From NCBI GenBank assembly GCA_965153285.1, contig OZ229116.1: a DNA stretch of 64,000 nt; one strand, 5' to 3'. Positions within the stretch are counted from its first letter, which is position 1; each line of letters opens with the position of its first letter. The position numbers and the translations under genes were made by a program. The stretch is from Podarcis tiliguerta (lineage: Eukaryota). Positions 39,301-48,860 of the stretch are shown piece by piece. The notes beneath the pieces are model-generated. The model did no database searches and was not told where the DNA came from. It saw only the letters and a list, made by a program, of their open reading frames with translations.

Positions 39301-40442
39301 CTGCTAGATAAATGGCCATGGACAATTTTGTGCCTAGAGTAGTTTGGATATTATCATGCCACAAGTAATAAATATTCTCCTTCCAGCTTCAGGAGCATCT
39401 CGAAGACCCTGGGTGTTGGGAAAAGTGATGGAAAAGGAATATTGTCAGGCAAAAAAGGTAAGGATAGATATTCAGTTTCAGCATGGCTCATTGAAAATAG
39501 TTGCAAGAGTTCCTTTTAGTTAAGAGGGAACTTTACCCTCATTCTTACTCATAACTGTTTTAAACTCAGTTGTAGGAATAATATTTAAAGTACCATATTT
39601 TTCAGTCTGTAAGATGCCCCCTATTTTGGGGAAATCAGATTTGATAAAATGGGGGGAGATGTATCTATGTATAAGACGCCCCCTAATTTTTGACATTATC
39701 TTTTAGGGGAAAATCCTAGTCTTATACACGGAAAAATAAAGTAATTGTTAACTTTTTAATCCCTCACATATCATAGCCATCAACACTACTATTTTTTATG
39801 AAAGTGCTCTGGATCAACTTCTTAAGTCTAAAAGCTTGGCTAACCATGAAATACTTTTAAGTATCTTGGGGCAAGTACTTCAGTAATTTGCTGAGCTGCT
39901 GCCAATAGCTAATCAAGAAGCAAGTGCTTTGAGGTGTCACAAAATTACATTTTTTTACCCATAGCCCACTAGATGGTGAAATAGTAATTTACCTCAAAAG
40001 GAGATTCAGTTTCACTTAATGTACATTAAATATCTTATTCTGTTAAATTGGGTAGAGTTAGTTGCATTGCCCATTCACAGAGAATTTCTGCATATTTGAC
40101 CATTTGCACCTTAAAGATACTGAGCTTGTCAAAGGATGCTTGATTTATATTTAGCTAGTGTTATTGTGCTTGCATGAATTAGTGAACCATTATTGTGAAT
40201 AAAACAAGCTGTGATTATGGACTGGGGTGTGTGTGGAGAAATGTCATGCAGCTGCCAGCTCAACCACGTCTGCAAAGAAATGAGATGAAAAAGTATTGTT
40301 TTCTGACTAGCTCTGGTATATTTCAAATAATTCTTTGCATATGTGTGTTTTTGTTTTTGCTTAGGCACAAAACAGATTTAAAGTTCCTTTGGGTACAAAA
40401 TTCTACAGAGTAAAAGCAGTGCCATGGAACAAGAAAGTATAA
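3655..40442 (+). CDS. RB1CC1: RB1-inducible coiled-coil 1 (FIP200), full spliced CDS, 22 coding exons, 1594 aa (1591 aa with the short donor)
   Basis: Exons translate from MKLYVFLVNTGTTLTFDTEL to FYRVKAVPWNKKV*, matching RB1CC1 throughout (N-terminal ubiquitin-like/Atg17-like region, long coiled coil, C-terminal Atg11/Claw domain). All introns are GT-AG and phases join without frameshift. Confidence 0.98.
4301..4427 (+). CDS. RB1CC1: RB1CC1 coding exon 2
   Basis: cag|T; VADLKQAIQTKYKIAIQHQVLVVNGGECMAADRKVCSYSAGT; ACG|gtaaat. Confidence 0.97.
4515..4685 (+). CDS. RB1CC1: RB1CC1 coding exon 3
   Basis: cag|GAT; DTNPIFLFNKEMIL...SRTQLAV; GTG|gtaagc. Confidence 0.97.
5490..5660 (+). mobile_element. 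Degenerate tRNA-derived squamate SINE
   Basis: atagctcag...cagaagattccaggttaaat...ggcatc head and actgggttagatggac...gcttcctatg tail; related copies near 43116 and 56630. Confidence 0.55.
6804..7006 (+). CDS. RB1CC1: RB1CC1 coding exon 4
   Basis: cag|GAA; EMYEIAKKLCSFCEGLVHDEHLQHQGW...KLKLT; CA|gtaggt. Confidence 0.96.
7941..8376 (+). CDS. RB1CC1: RB1CC1 coding exon 5
   Basis: aag|C; LGAAVSIMAKIPLLE...LVRKCFDSMSR; AGA|gtaagt. Confidence 0.96.
8935..9200 (-). mobile_element. L2/CR1-clade LINE RT fragment
   Basis: Minus-strand peptide PFQSGFRKKTTLVTLVDDLRWELNR matches the QSGFR...TALV..L.DDL RT motif. Confidence 0.7.
9368..9452. repeat. Short (~85 bp) palindromic dispersed squamate repeat/MITE
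   Basis: gcaatcct...gagtaagctccactgagcatagtgagacttgcttcc...ggattgt. Degenerate copies near 13005-13085, 32780-32860, 37977-38050, 50033-50110 and 58960-59010. Confidence 0.6.
9630..9800 (+). CDS. RB1CC1: RB1CC1 coding exon 6
   Basis: cag|CTC; LDPRIIQPF...EQKELAQ; CAG|gtaatg. Confidence 0.97.
10153..10340. mobile_element. Tc1/mariner-pogo (Tigger-like) MITE
   Basis: Perfect 15-bp TIR cagtggtacctctgg / ccagaggtaccactg; TA on the right flank (TG on the left). Confidence 0.85.
10500..11560 (+). mobile_element. Degraded L2-clade LINE ORF2 fragment
   Basis: Remnants of LLDLSAAFDT.DH (ttgttagatctcttggtggcctttgatacc) and ...QLYFSVTSESRGAVEVL RT motifs, with frameshifts. Confidence 0.7.
13505..13757 (-). 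mobile_element. CR1 LINE 3' end
   Basis: ORF RTRTNGFKLQERRFRLN...VRQWNRSPRKVVDSLSLEAFKQRLDGH (CR1 ORF2 C-terminus), followed by the CR1 3' UTR and tail. Confidence 0.92.
13925..14085 (-). mobile_element. L2-type LINE 3' end with (CAT)8 tail
   Basis: (cat)8 then tttatttttaccccgcccatctggctgggtttccccagccact...gggctgccttcagg, as recalled for lacertid L2 3' ends. Confidence 0.65.
14156..14340 (+). CDS. RB1CC1: RB1CC1 coding exon 7
   Basis: tag|GGA; GFLANQKRAENLKD...NNLQVRL; AA|gtaagt. Confidence 0.97.
15010..15196 (+). CDS. RB1CC1: RB1CC1 coding exon 8
   Basis: tag|G; WCCFVMLHADQDGEKLQ...FVKHYRE; GAG|gtaagc. Confidence 0.97.
15257..15275 (+). repeat. (TG)n microsatellite
   Basis: Direct reading; lies inside the 112-nt intron between coding exons 8 and 9. 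Confidence 0.95.
15309..15390 (+). CDS. RB1CC1: RB1CC1 coding exon 9
   Basis: tag|TGG; WAAALIKDGKHLYDAEKAKRESFGKLF; A|gtaagt. Confidence 0.96.
15658..15788. mobile_element. Degenerate hAT-type MITE related to 468-603
   Basis: caggtgtgaggaacctgtggtcctcc...aactaca...tgtagtt...catctggagggccaaagattcttcacagctg inverted arms. Another decayed copy lies near 33830-33950. Confidence 0.65.
16136..16197 (+). CDS. RB1CC1: RB1CC1 coding exon 10
   Basis: cag|GG; KSFLRNRLFRGLDAWPPSFC; TGT|gtgagt. Confidence 0.96.
16833..16936 (+). CDS. RB1CC1: RB1CC1 coding exon 11
   Basis: cag|ACC; TRKPRRFDGELPDISLSDLQFLQSFCPSEVQPLL; AG|gtaaaa. Confidence 0.96.
17471..17570 (-). mobile_element. 5'-truncated tRNA-Lys/CR1-tail SINE
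   Basis: Reverse strand: ggtcgtgggtttgagtcccacgttgggcaa...tggactagatgaccctcgtg...ttctatgattctatga. Confidence 0.8.
17705..17831 (+). CDS. RB1CC1: RB1CC1 coding exon 12
   Basis: aag|G; VPILCDFEPLHQHVLALHNLVKAAQSLDEMSQTITDLLNEQK; AAG|gtacca. Confidence 0.96.
19914..21820 (+). CDS. RB1CC1: RB1CC1 coding exon 13 (1907-nt exon: disordered linker with FDFETI motif at 20091-20108, then coiled coil)
   Basis: tag|GCT; contains the 625-aa ORF-track frame (SPDSIDAHTFDFETI...ELLGKIQQLEMQVNQ); AG|gtactg. Confidence 0.98.
28125..28278 (+). CDS. RB1CC1: RB1CC1 coding exon 14
   Basis: tag|T; SVESSASSLVAELQEKLQEEK...TSLTAEQQ; CAG|gtagac. Confidence 0.95.
29106..29214 (+). CDS. RB1CC1: RB1CC1 coding exon 15
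   Basis: cag|ACG; TTFNTVLTREKMKKENIINDLSDKLKAIIQQQERDK; G|gtaagc. Confidence 0.96.
29313..29553 (+). CDS. RB1CC1: RB1CC1 coding exon 16
   Basis: cag|AT; LIESLSEDRACLLEEKKK...LETSMMAV; AA|gttagt. Confidence 0.94.
30853..30907 (+). CDS. RB1CC1: RB1CC1 coding exon 17
   Basis: tag|T; ENVQILSEEKQRIMMLEK; AAG|gtgagt. Confidence 0.95.
32713..32737 (+). repeat. (CA)n microsatellite
   Basis: Direct reading. Confidence 0.95.
32963..33010 (+). CDS. RB1CC1: RB1CC1 coding exon 18
   Basis: tag|ACG; TLQLKEEENKRLNQRL; TTG|gtaagc. Confidence 0.95.
33369..33397 (+). repeat. (TG)n microsatellite
   Basis: Direct reading. Confidence 0.95.
35404..35625. mobile_element. Tc1/mariner-type MITE, family A copy 1
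   Basis: TIR cagtgttacctcgggtta / taacccgaggtaccactg plus TA; internal sequence shared with the 43261, 52223 and 54159 copies. Confidence 0.9.
36763..36821 (+). CDS. RB1CC1: RB1CC1 coding exon 19
   Basis: cag|ATG; MSQSMSSVSLRHSEKIAIR; GA|gtaagt. Confidence 0.95.
38101..38237 (+). CDS. RB1CC1: RB1CC1 coding exon 20 (Claw domain; alternative end at 38228)
   Basis: cag|T; FQVGDLVLIILDERHDNYVLFTVSPTLYFLHSESLAALDLKP(GEC); two donors, G|gtgagt (38228) and G|gtaagt (38237). Confidence 0.95.
39387..39457 (+). CDS. RB1CC1: RB1CC1 coding exon 21
   Basis: cag|CT; SGASRRPWVLGKVMEKEYCQAKK; AAG|gtaagg. Confidence 0.96.
39593..39741. mobile_element. Degenerate pogo/Tigger-like MITE
   Basis: TA-ccatatttttcagtctgtaaga ... 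tcttatacacggaaaaataaag-TA imperfect TIRs. Confidence 0.6.
40365..40442 (+). CDS. RB1CC1: RB1CC1 last coding exon
   Basis: tag|GCA; AQNRFKVPLGTKFYRVKAVPWNKKV then TAA. Confidence 0.97.
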   Translation, partial: AQNRFKVPLGTKFYRVKAVPWNKKV

Positions 40443-41299
40443 CACATGATGGAAACTCCTCATCACCATTTTTTTTCTGGCCTGGCCTTCAGTGCTCATT
40501 CACCACTCCCAAGTAGCAGGCCATCATCTTTTTATACTGAGGTCCCATGACAATGCTCCACAATGTAATACTGTCCCCCCCTCCCTTCTTCCTTTTTAAT
40601 GTGTTACATTTTAGAAACAAGGATTTCATCACAACGTCTGGCCTAACTGTTCCAATTTTTTTACCTGGATAACTTTAGAAGTGTGGACCAAATGAGTTCA
40701 TTTTCTGAAAGGGCAAATCTTACATATCATGGCTTATTTACTAGCCATGCTAATAGCCTGTTAAATATACATTAGTTCCTATTAGGTGTTAAATGTTAGC
40801 TACCATTATTACCAGCATATGACCTTTTGTGAAATCATTATCAAAATACTTGCACTCTTTAACAGATTCTTTATAATATGTATAAATTCATCAGTTATTT
40901 AAAGAGGAGTGTTCATTGCATGCAGATAATCATAAGTTTCTTCAACATGAGTTTGCCTCAGTAGATGAAAAGGTAACTGGTGTTACAAAGCCCTTTATTA
41001 GAAGAGAGAGAGAAGAAAAATGTTGGACTGATACGAAACAGCAATAGGTAAAGCTTTTTCAAAGGATTGATCACAGAATTTTGAAGGGAAGCAGATGTGC
41101 TCTTGTATTTAAAAGAAGTACCTGAACCTTCCCAATCCACAGAGAAGTCTTGTATTAATCTATTTAGAAAAATCATATTGATAAAATTATATTTCATGGC
41201 TGAGGTTCAGGAAAAAAAGAATCCATTGTACATTAACTATGAAAAGGTCATTGAAGTAACAAATTATTGTATTGTAAAAGACACGTAGAATTTTCAAAC

Positions 41300-41305
41300 A
41301 ATAAA
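41300..41305 (+). terminator. Candidate proximal polyadenylation signal of RB1CC1
   Basis: AATAAA about 860 nt after the stop codon, in an AT-rich 3' UTR-like stretch. Confidence 0.6.
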
Positions 41306-41549
41306 GATTTGAACCTGTAAATGTCTAAATGGTCTGCATGCTTTTTAAATGCCCGTGTGGTACGACAGTTTTATCCAAGACTGTTCTTGTAAATTTTAAA
41401 TTTAAATGTATAAGATAATTTGTATGAATATAAAATGCCTGTATTATTTCAAAAGAAACAGCATTCTGAAACTTTCAGTGTATGGCAAAGCTCATAATTC
41501 TAATGAGAGTTCATGTTTGCACAGCAAAACATCTAAGTAAAATGGTTCA

Positions 41550-41555
41550 AATAAA
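41550..41555 (+). terminator. Candidate second polyadenylation signal of RB1CC1
   Basis: AATAAA followed about 25 nt later by GT/T-rich gtgtttgttct. Confidence 0.55.
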
Positions 41556-42089
41556 TTGCTTGGGACAAGGCAAAATAGTGTTTGTTCTAACCATTTTTCT
41601 TCATGCACAGTATCTTCCTAACTCTTCTTTGTAATTCCATAGAAGAATAATTGTAGAATTCAATCTACATTTAATGTCCAAGAGTTTCAAAACTTCTGGA
41701 AATCTTGTGAACTGTATGTAACCCTGAGCTCTTTGCTCTGGATATAGGGGCACTATAAATAGACACTTGATGACAAAGATACACATTACTGCACTTTTTC
41801 TTTTCACCACACAGAAGTAAAATAAGCAAAAATAGCAGTGGCCCATTTCAAATGTTATCATTCCAGTCTGATGAACTGTGGGTCCGTGGGCAGGAACAAG
41901 CTGTTTCCTTGCATCCCTGGTTTCAGTGAAGATTTTTGTTGTTTCTTAAGCCCCCAGTTTCCGATGACACCCAAACTGAGTGACTGTGACTTGAGAGCTC
42001 TTGCCGAGCTATGATATGAAGCCAGGGTCAGATCCTATCTTCATACCTTGGTTTGTGGAGATATTTCCTTTTGCATATTCTGTGTAAGG

Positions 42090-42298
42090 CAGGCATGTCC
42101 AAAGTCTGTTTTGGGGGCCTAATCTGGCCCCCGTGGCAGTATATGTCCTGGGGTAAAATTCTAAGAAAAAAAGCTGAACAATTTTGGGGTAAACATTTTT
42201 TTAAAAGCGCAACAACTGTGGTCGGCCCTCACGCATGTTCACTTTGGTCCTCTTTGGAAAAAAGTTTGATCCTCTTTGAAAAAGTTTGGGCACCCCTG
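42090..42298. mobile_element. hAT-type non-autonomous element
   Basis: caggcatgtccaaa / tttgggcacccctg termini; flanks share tgtaagg. Confidence 0.55.
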
Positions 42299-43115
42299 GA
42301 CTGTAAGGTCTCAAAGTGGTGGCTGGGGTGGTATTTTGTGTGGAGAGGGAAACTATAACTAAAGTTGGACTTCCTTCTTGCAAGAAACCCTGTTAATTCA
42401 GGGCACTGAAAGTGAGAAGGAAGAAGCAGGTGCCACTTTGTGCATCCACCTATCAGCACTTCTCATAACATTTGAAGCCACTCCTCTTTTACATTACTCA
42501 GAACGGAACGTACATTCCTGTAAATGCTCATCCTGGGAAGAAGTTGTTCCTTGCTTACACCAGGCTCTCAGAAGAGCTATAAGAATATTAAGTCATAGAT
42601 TTAGAATATAAACACCCAGTAATGGCCTTGGCTTTTCAGGAATATTTGTCATCTGTTTCATTTTATAATCTTTATGTGTGTCTAAAATGGAAATTCTGTC
42701 AAACAAAACCCTAACATATTCAGTAATGATTCTGAACAGTCAGCTGAAAAATATGCAGTTTACATACTTGTTGGATATCGCAGCCTGACTAGCTTATGGA
42801 AGTATGAGTGCTATGCACTGCCACCTTGCTTCATCTAACTCCACAACAACAAACGTCATCTATATCTTCGTAATTTGAATAAACAGCACACGCACAGTGA
42901 GGAGGTGGTACTAAATTACTCAGTGGTTCCTTTCCATTTCTCATGTGCCATTTATATACGTTTTTCATTTCCGTTAGCTGCTTGTATCAGTCCCTGATGA
43001 GAAAGTGCTAGTATGCACTCGCTTGATCATAGAAAAAAATGTAGCTAATGAACTGTCCTTCATTAATGCTTTTCATTGCAGAACAGCAGTAGCAGAAAAT
43101 GATTTTATATACTTG

Positions 43116-43260
43116 GGGTCTTGGCTCAGTGGTAGAGCAAAAGGTCTCTGGTTCAGTCTCTGGCATCTCCAGGAAGAGCTAGGAATATCCCGTCTAAAGT
43201 TCTGGAGAACTACTGACTGTCATTGTGCACAATACTGAGCTAGTTGGGCCAATGTCTGTA
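43116..43260 (+). mobile_element. tRNA-derived SINE interrupted by a MITE
   Basis: A box ggctcagtggtagagc, B-box-like ggttcagtctc, tail actgagctagttgggccaatgtctg. Confidence 0.65.
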
Positions 43261-43460
43261 CAGTGGTACCTTGGGTGACAGACTGTTCAGGTTACAGACT
43301 CTGCTAACCCAGAAATAGTACCTTGGGTTAAGAACTTTGCTTCAGGATGAGAACAGAAATTGTGCTACAGCGGCAGCAGGAGGCCCAATTAGCTAAAGTG
43401 GTATCTCAGGTTAAGAACGGACCTCCAGACGAATTAAATTCTTAACCTGAGGGACCACTG
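43261..43460. mobile_element. Tc1/mariner-type MITE, family A copy 2
   Basis: TA-cagtggtacc...gggaccactg-TA; opposite orientation to the 35404 copy. Confidence 0.9.
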
Positions 43461-44164
43461 TATAAGACACTGTATATATAAGACATGTGAAAGCAAGCTG
43501 TAGTGAGAAACCGTGTTGTTCCTTCGCAGTCTATATAGTACATTTTGGCAGTTTCATGAGCAAGCCTAGTAGCCAAGTCAGGAGTCATATCATTATAGTG
43601 TCAAGGTAAAAAAAAGGAGTCGATGAAGTCGAGCGAGGAGCCAGAATGACTGAAGTTAAGATTGCTGCGCACATCACAGCTGCAAGACTAAGGCTGCTTC
43701 ACATCACATAGCATTTGTCTCTGTGGTAAACTGTTGGCATGTTAGCGGCTCACCACAGAAAATCAAGGCCATTTTGAAAAGGAGACAATCTGTTCTATGT
43801 TGTGTCTCAAGCTCCAGGAGAAAGTACACTAGCAGCACCCATGAACAAAATCCAGCCCATGTATCGCATAAAAGCAAATGAAAATCATTAACTTATGTTA
43901 TTGAACCCGTAGAATTTTGTCACCAACAGAATGCAAAGAACACTGTTAAGTGTCACAAGGAATACATTCCCTTGCATACACTACCTTTAAAGCCTTGGCT
44001 CTGAAATGAAAATTCATACCCATGAGGGTACAGTAGCTATTCTCATGTCACACTAATAGCCTCACAGTAAACTACAAACTATTTTAAATGCTTGGGGTAG
44101 TAGAAGTGCTGGCCTGCATGTGTGCCATTTCTATAGTGACATATGAAGGGCTATAACTTGCCAG

Positions 44165-44310
44165 TCATACCATTGCAGAGTTGGAAGGGATCCCAATGGC
44201 CATCTAGTCTAACCCCCAGCAATGCTAGAATCTCAACCAGATCATACATGATAGATGGCCATCCAGTCTCTGCTTATAAACCTCCAAGGAAAGAGTCTGC
44301 TGCCTCATAC
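44165..44310 (-). mobile_element. CR1 3' end fragment
   Basis: gagttggaagggatccc...catctagtctaaccccc...gatggccatccagtctctgctt...cctccaaggaaagag, similar to 13505-13757. Confidence 0.75.
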
Positions 44311-44390
44311 CGAGAGTACGTGAACTGGAGCAATGGGGCAGGGGAGGAGAGAATTTGATTGTACTGTTATTCAGATGCTAATCAATGCAT

Positions 44391-44734
44391 GGGGCGCTGG
44401 TGGCGCTGTGGTCTAAACCACAGAGCCTAGGGCTTGCCTATCAGAAGGTCGGTGGTTCGAATCCCCATGACTGAGTGAGCTCCCATTGCTCGGTCCATGC
44501 TCCTGCCACCTAGCAGTTCGAAAGCATGTCAAAGTGCAAGTAGATAAATAGGTACCACTCTGGCGGGAAAATAAATGGTGTTTCCGTGCACTGCTGGCCA
44601 CATGACCCAGACGTTGTACACATGACCCGGAAGCTATACCTGGAAGGCTCCCTCAGCCACTAAAGCGAGATGAATGCTGCAACCCCAGAGTCATCCGCGA
44701 CTGGACCTAACAGTCAGGGGTCCCTTTACCTTTA
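44391..44734 (+). mobile_element. Sauria SINE (lacertid-type)
   Basis: gtggcgctgtggtctaaaccacagagcctagggcttgcc...ggttcgaatcc...gtagataaataggtacc...ggggtccctttaccttta. Carries a short internal duplication (catgaccc twice). Confidence 0.92.
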
Positions 44735-47301
44735 ATCTGCACAACGAAATCAGCTCTAAATTCATCCAGGAGACAGCAGCTTCCTGCAAAGGGTGGGAAC
44801 TTGAGAGAAATGCTCCGATTGAAGTTGCCATTAGCTTAACCTCATTATTCCACACTCACATGTAGGCACAACCAGTTTGTGCTTACTGATGGCTATTAAA
44901 TTTGTTACAAGCAGACGAGTTTTAACAAGTGAGTTACATTCCCTTTATTGTCACAGGCAGAAGTCAGGGAGCAGCTCAGACAGAAGTCTGTCTTCAATGC
45001 CATCCTTTTGGGAAGTGGTTGATGGCGTAGGACTTGGTGCAGACTGGGTAGCGGTTTTGGTGGATCTTGTAGAAAAGGTGGGCTGACTTGTGGAGGCCTT
45101 CCTTTGCAAACAAATAGGCATGCAATTTCTAAGTGCACGGGCATGCACTTTTTTGGCACAGTGCTTCTTTGAACTGAAACACTGACTAAAAAACCCCACA
45201 AAAAGTTTGTAACATACAAGACATATTTACAAGGCTGTATATAAAAGAAACTTATAGCTTGACATGGCAGGGTATGTCCAGATTCAGGGAGCCCTATCAG
45301 GACCATGGATAGCTCCCAGTGAGTTTTGCTGCCTATAGCCCTTCCTCCCACTCTTCATTGTGGGTAATAAAGGGATGTTGCCATAGCAGAGATGCTGCTT
45401 GAAGCCTTGTGAAAGCTGGAAAGACCTGCCCTTCTGTGGGAGCTGCCTGGACAAGGGGCAGGATCCCTTGTTCTGTAATCACAACCTTTTACAAGATGGG
45501 AATGTTGGAGATGCTGCTCATCTTCAGATACTGATGGCAAAAGGGCCGTTTCCTCTGGCCAAGAGGGCATAGGAGGAAGTGCTGAAGATTCTGTCCTGTG
45601 TCCAAATTGCTGTTGTAATTTGCAAACCCACAAATGGTTGACATGTATTAAAAGGCTTACTTGAGATAATGTGCGCCAGGGTTTGTTAATATGGAACTGT
45701 GGTGTAAAATTATTATTTAATTAAAAATTATTAGTAGCAGCAACCGCTTTATTATTACACTTACAGTACTCTATCAACTTTTCATGTTCATTGTTATAGC
45801 ACTAGTCTTTGCAGATTGGAGAATGGAGGACGTGGTATGATTTGCCTTGGCAAAGCTGGGTCTTATCTGGCTTTAGAATTCATCTCTTTATTTTTGTACC
45901 CATTGATTTTCAAACATGAGTAATGTTTTGTGTGCATCATGCTCTATGACTCACAAGAGTAGGTAATCACAAGGCAAATTACTCAGCTGTCATTTCTGGA
46001 TGGTCACCTCACCATTTCAAAGAGGATCTTGTTTCTTTTGTATTGAACCTAGTGCAGGATGTCACTTATGTCCACATGGAATTCTCATTTATTTCATTCC
46101 ATGAGTACAATCTGTCTTGGGGCACTAAGTAAGAGGCATTGGCATGAGAGCTCTCTAAAACTCCTCCAGACATTTTGTAAAACGAAGGTTCAAGTAATCC
46201 AAATATCGGTTGCTACTCTCCCCCTTCTAATACCCAAGCATCTACCATTCATTCCCTGAAGGCAATCCTTCTTGTAAATTACATTAGGTTTAGTCATAAG
46301 AGCTCTTCAGAATTCATCCTCATATCTTCTATTAGGCGTTGCGATCCTTCTCCCTTGTTATATTTTTGTATACAGAACTTAACTTCAGCTGAACAGTAGT
46401 CACCTTTACATTCTGTAGCAGGAAAGTATAGCATGACCTGTCTTCCTTACTAAGGCAAGGCACTCAAAACCTGTAAGACGTGTTATAGAATGCATAAAAC
46501 TAGCACACCACTGCAAATAATGTTAGTGAAACATCTGGTGTGCTCATGATCTCAATCCATTGTGGGACACTTTTGACACTCACTCCAACCACCTTAACAT
46601 TTAATTCACCCTGCCAAAAATAGTCACCAAGGATAGAAATTAAGGCAAGAACATGTGAGAACTCAAAGCCTATAAAAGTAACCAAGCTAGTGAGCTCTCG
46701 TCCCAGGGTAGCTTGGTCATTGCAATCCTACAAAATCCCCCAAAAAAGAATGGTTTACCATAACTTATCCACAAATGTGAGGAAAAAAATGTTGCAGGAG
46801 CTCACACCCACTGTATTATGTGTGACAAACATTCCACCGGTTTCACAAACATGACATCAATTCTGATTTATTTATTAGTTATATTATTGTTGATTTCATT
46901 CTTCTTGCTGGTGCTTTGCTCTATGCTGCTACTTTCCCCCTTTCGAGCAGGAACATCCCTATTTATGTACCAATCCTCAGCATCTTTGGGTTAAATAACA
47001 TAGGACAAGAACTCTCAGCAGTCCCAGATTACTCTGGGTTAGGTCAGAGCCATCCAGAGTGATCTAGGTCTGTCAAAAGGGGGGAGAAGGTCTGGCAGCA
47101 AGAAACAGTGTGGGGCAGAAGGATGCTCCCAGACAGCCTATAAATGTCTCCTTCTCCGTTCTACCCCTGACCACAAAGTCCTAAAACCTGATTAAATACA
47201 TGGTCCATAGAGGAGGGAGGGGAGGCATATCTCTCCCATGTCCCCTGATCGCATGGCTATGAAAGGCCCACAAATGGGATCCTCCTTAATGAGGGTCCTG
47301 G

Positions 47302-48055
47302 TTGCGCGCGGGCCCGTAAGACACCCCCACTGGGAGAGTTGTTGCCAGGCATGGCCCAAGCCTTAACCGTTGGGCCCCAGGATTGTGCCGGGCTGTTTGG
47401 GCCAATTGGGGCAGTTGGCGCGATTCTTGGGGCCTATAAAAGCAGCAGCACGGCGTAACTGGGGGAACTTGCATCACACTGCCGAACACCCGCCCGCCCT
47501 CCCTAATTTTAGGTGCTGCTGCTTTGGCCTTGCTTTGGATTGGGTCGCATGCTTTGGAGCAGGGGCTGGGTAGGAATTTTTCCATTTGGCAGATTGGATG
47601 TAGCCACTTGGTTTTCGCCTAGCCCCTTAGCAATCGTCACAACTTTGTAAGGTTTGGCGGTTAGGCACTGGCTTATTGAAGTGTGTGGGAGGGGAGGTGC
47701 GGCCATCACCTGCCCCTCCATGAATAAGGGCATTCTGGTAAAGGAATCTGGGGGTCCTGGATCTTGTCCGAAGTCCGCTTGAGGGGCCAGGGCCATGCTA
47801 GGACCACAGGAACAGTGTGGTGAGCTTCAGCCAGTTTGCATCAATGTAGCTCCCTCGTTTGGTGTTTACCGTTCCAGACTTCCAGACAGAGAGGCAGGAG
47901 TCAGTTATAGTTTATTGCCAATGCCTAAGCCAACACTGCTCACTTTGCTGTAATCAATAAAGTTGTGGCCTAAATTTTGCCCAATAACTTAAACTAAAAT
48001 TGCGTGTCAGTGTGAAGTTATTTCAGGGGAAGGACTTGGGGGCCTCGGGGCGCAA
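47302..48055 (+). mobile_element. LTR-like solo element with inverted termini (class uncertain)
   Basis: CpG-rich; termini ttgcgcgcgggccc / gggcctcggggcgcaa; CCAAT at 47402, TATAAAA at 47435, AATAAA at 47956; no direct TSD seen. Confidence 0.65.
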
Positions 48056-48349
48056 ACCAGTTTGGAGCCTAGATCATCCCAGGCCACTCCAAAAATGCCA
48101 GACTGGACCCTGAATCATATTGGGGAACATATGGAAGAGAAGGCTTATGGGCCTGCTTCTGGAACTAGTATGGGAGCAAATGATTGGATTTCATTCCTGC
48201 ACCATTCCTGTCAACACCAAGAAAGCAGTCAAGCTAAATCAATGTTGTGCATCAAGAGCCTGTGCTGCCCAATCAAGATTTTGTGCAAGAATAATTTCAG
48301 ACACTGACCAGTGGCAAGAAATGTGTTTGCCAACAAGGAATGGTACTTC

Positions 48350-48858
48350 CAAGGTGGACATGTAAAAAGGCTAAAATATATTGGCTACAAATGCATACAT
48401 TGAAACAGCAGATTTTAAAGGTTAATATTCAATTGAAGCTGGAACTCTTTCTTTTAGGGTTAATGGATACAGAACTGGAAAAGAATTATAGAAGATTACG
48501 CCAACGTGTGATTACAGCGGCAGGATTATTATATGCACAAATATGAAAAAATACAGCCCTGGCTGATAAAATTATTAAACTAGGCTGAGATGGCAAATAA
48601 TTGTTGACATTTATTCAGGACTGGAAACTTCTTACTGACTTCTTGCATGAAAGAGAAAATGAACTTGTAGCACAGTGATTTGAAGATTGAAAAAATACTG
48701 GTTTACAGAGGATAGAATGGTTGGCTCTTAATGAGTGGATACTATATTTAGCTGCAGGACAATGAATCCGAAGTCTTTGTCTTTATCATTCTTTATTTTT
48801 TTTCTTTCGCATTCTCTTCTTTTTCTTTTCTTATTTATGCCTTTGTTCTTTTTTAGAT
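48350..48858 (+). mobile_element. L1/Tx1-type LINE 3' fragment
   Basis: Peptide WTCKKAKIYW...ILKVNIQLKLELFLLG...ITAAGLLYAQI matches the L1 ORF2 C-terminal Cys-rich region, followed by a T-rich 3' UTR. Confidence 0.8.
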
Positions 48859-48860
48859 TA

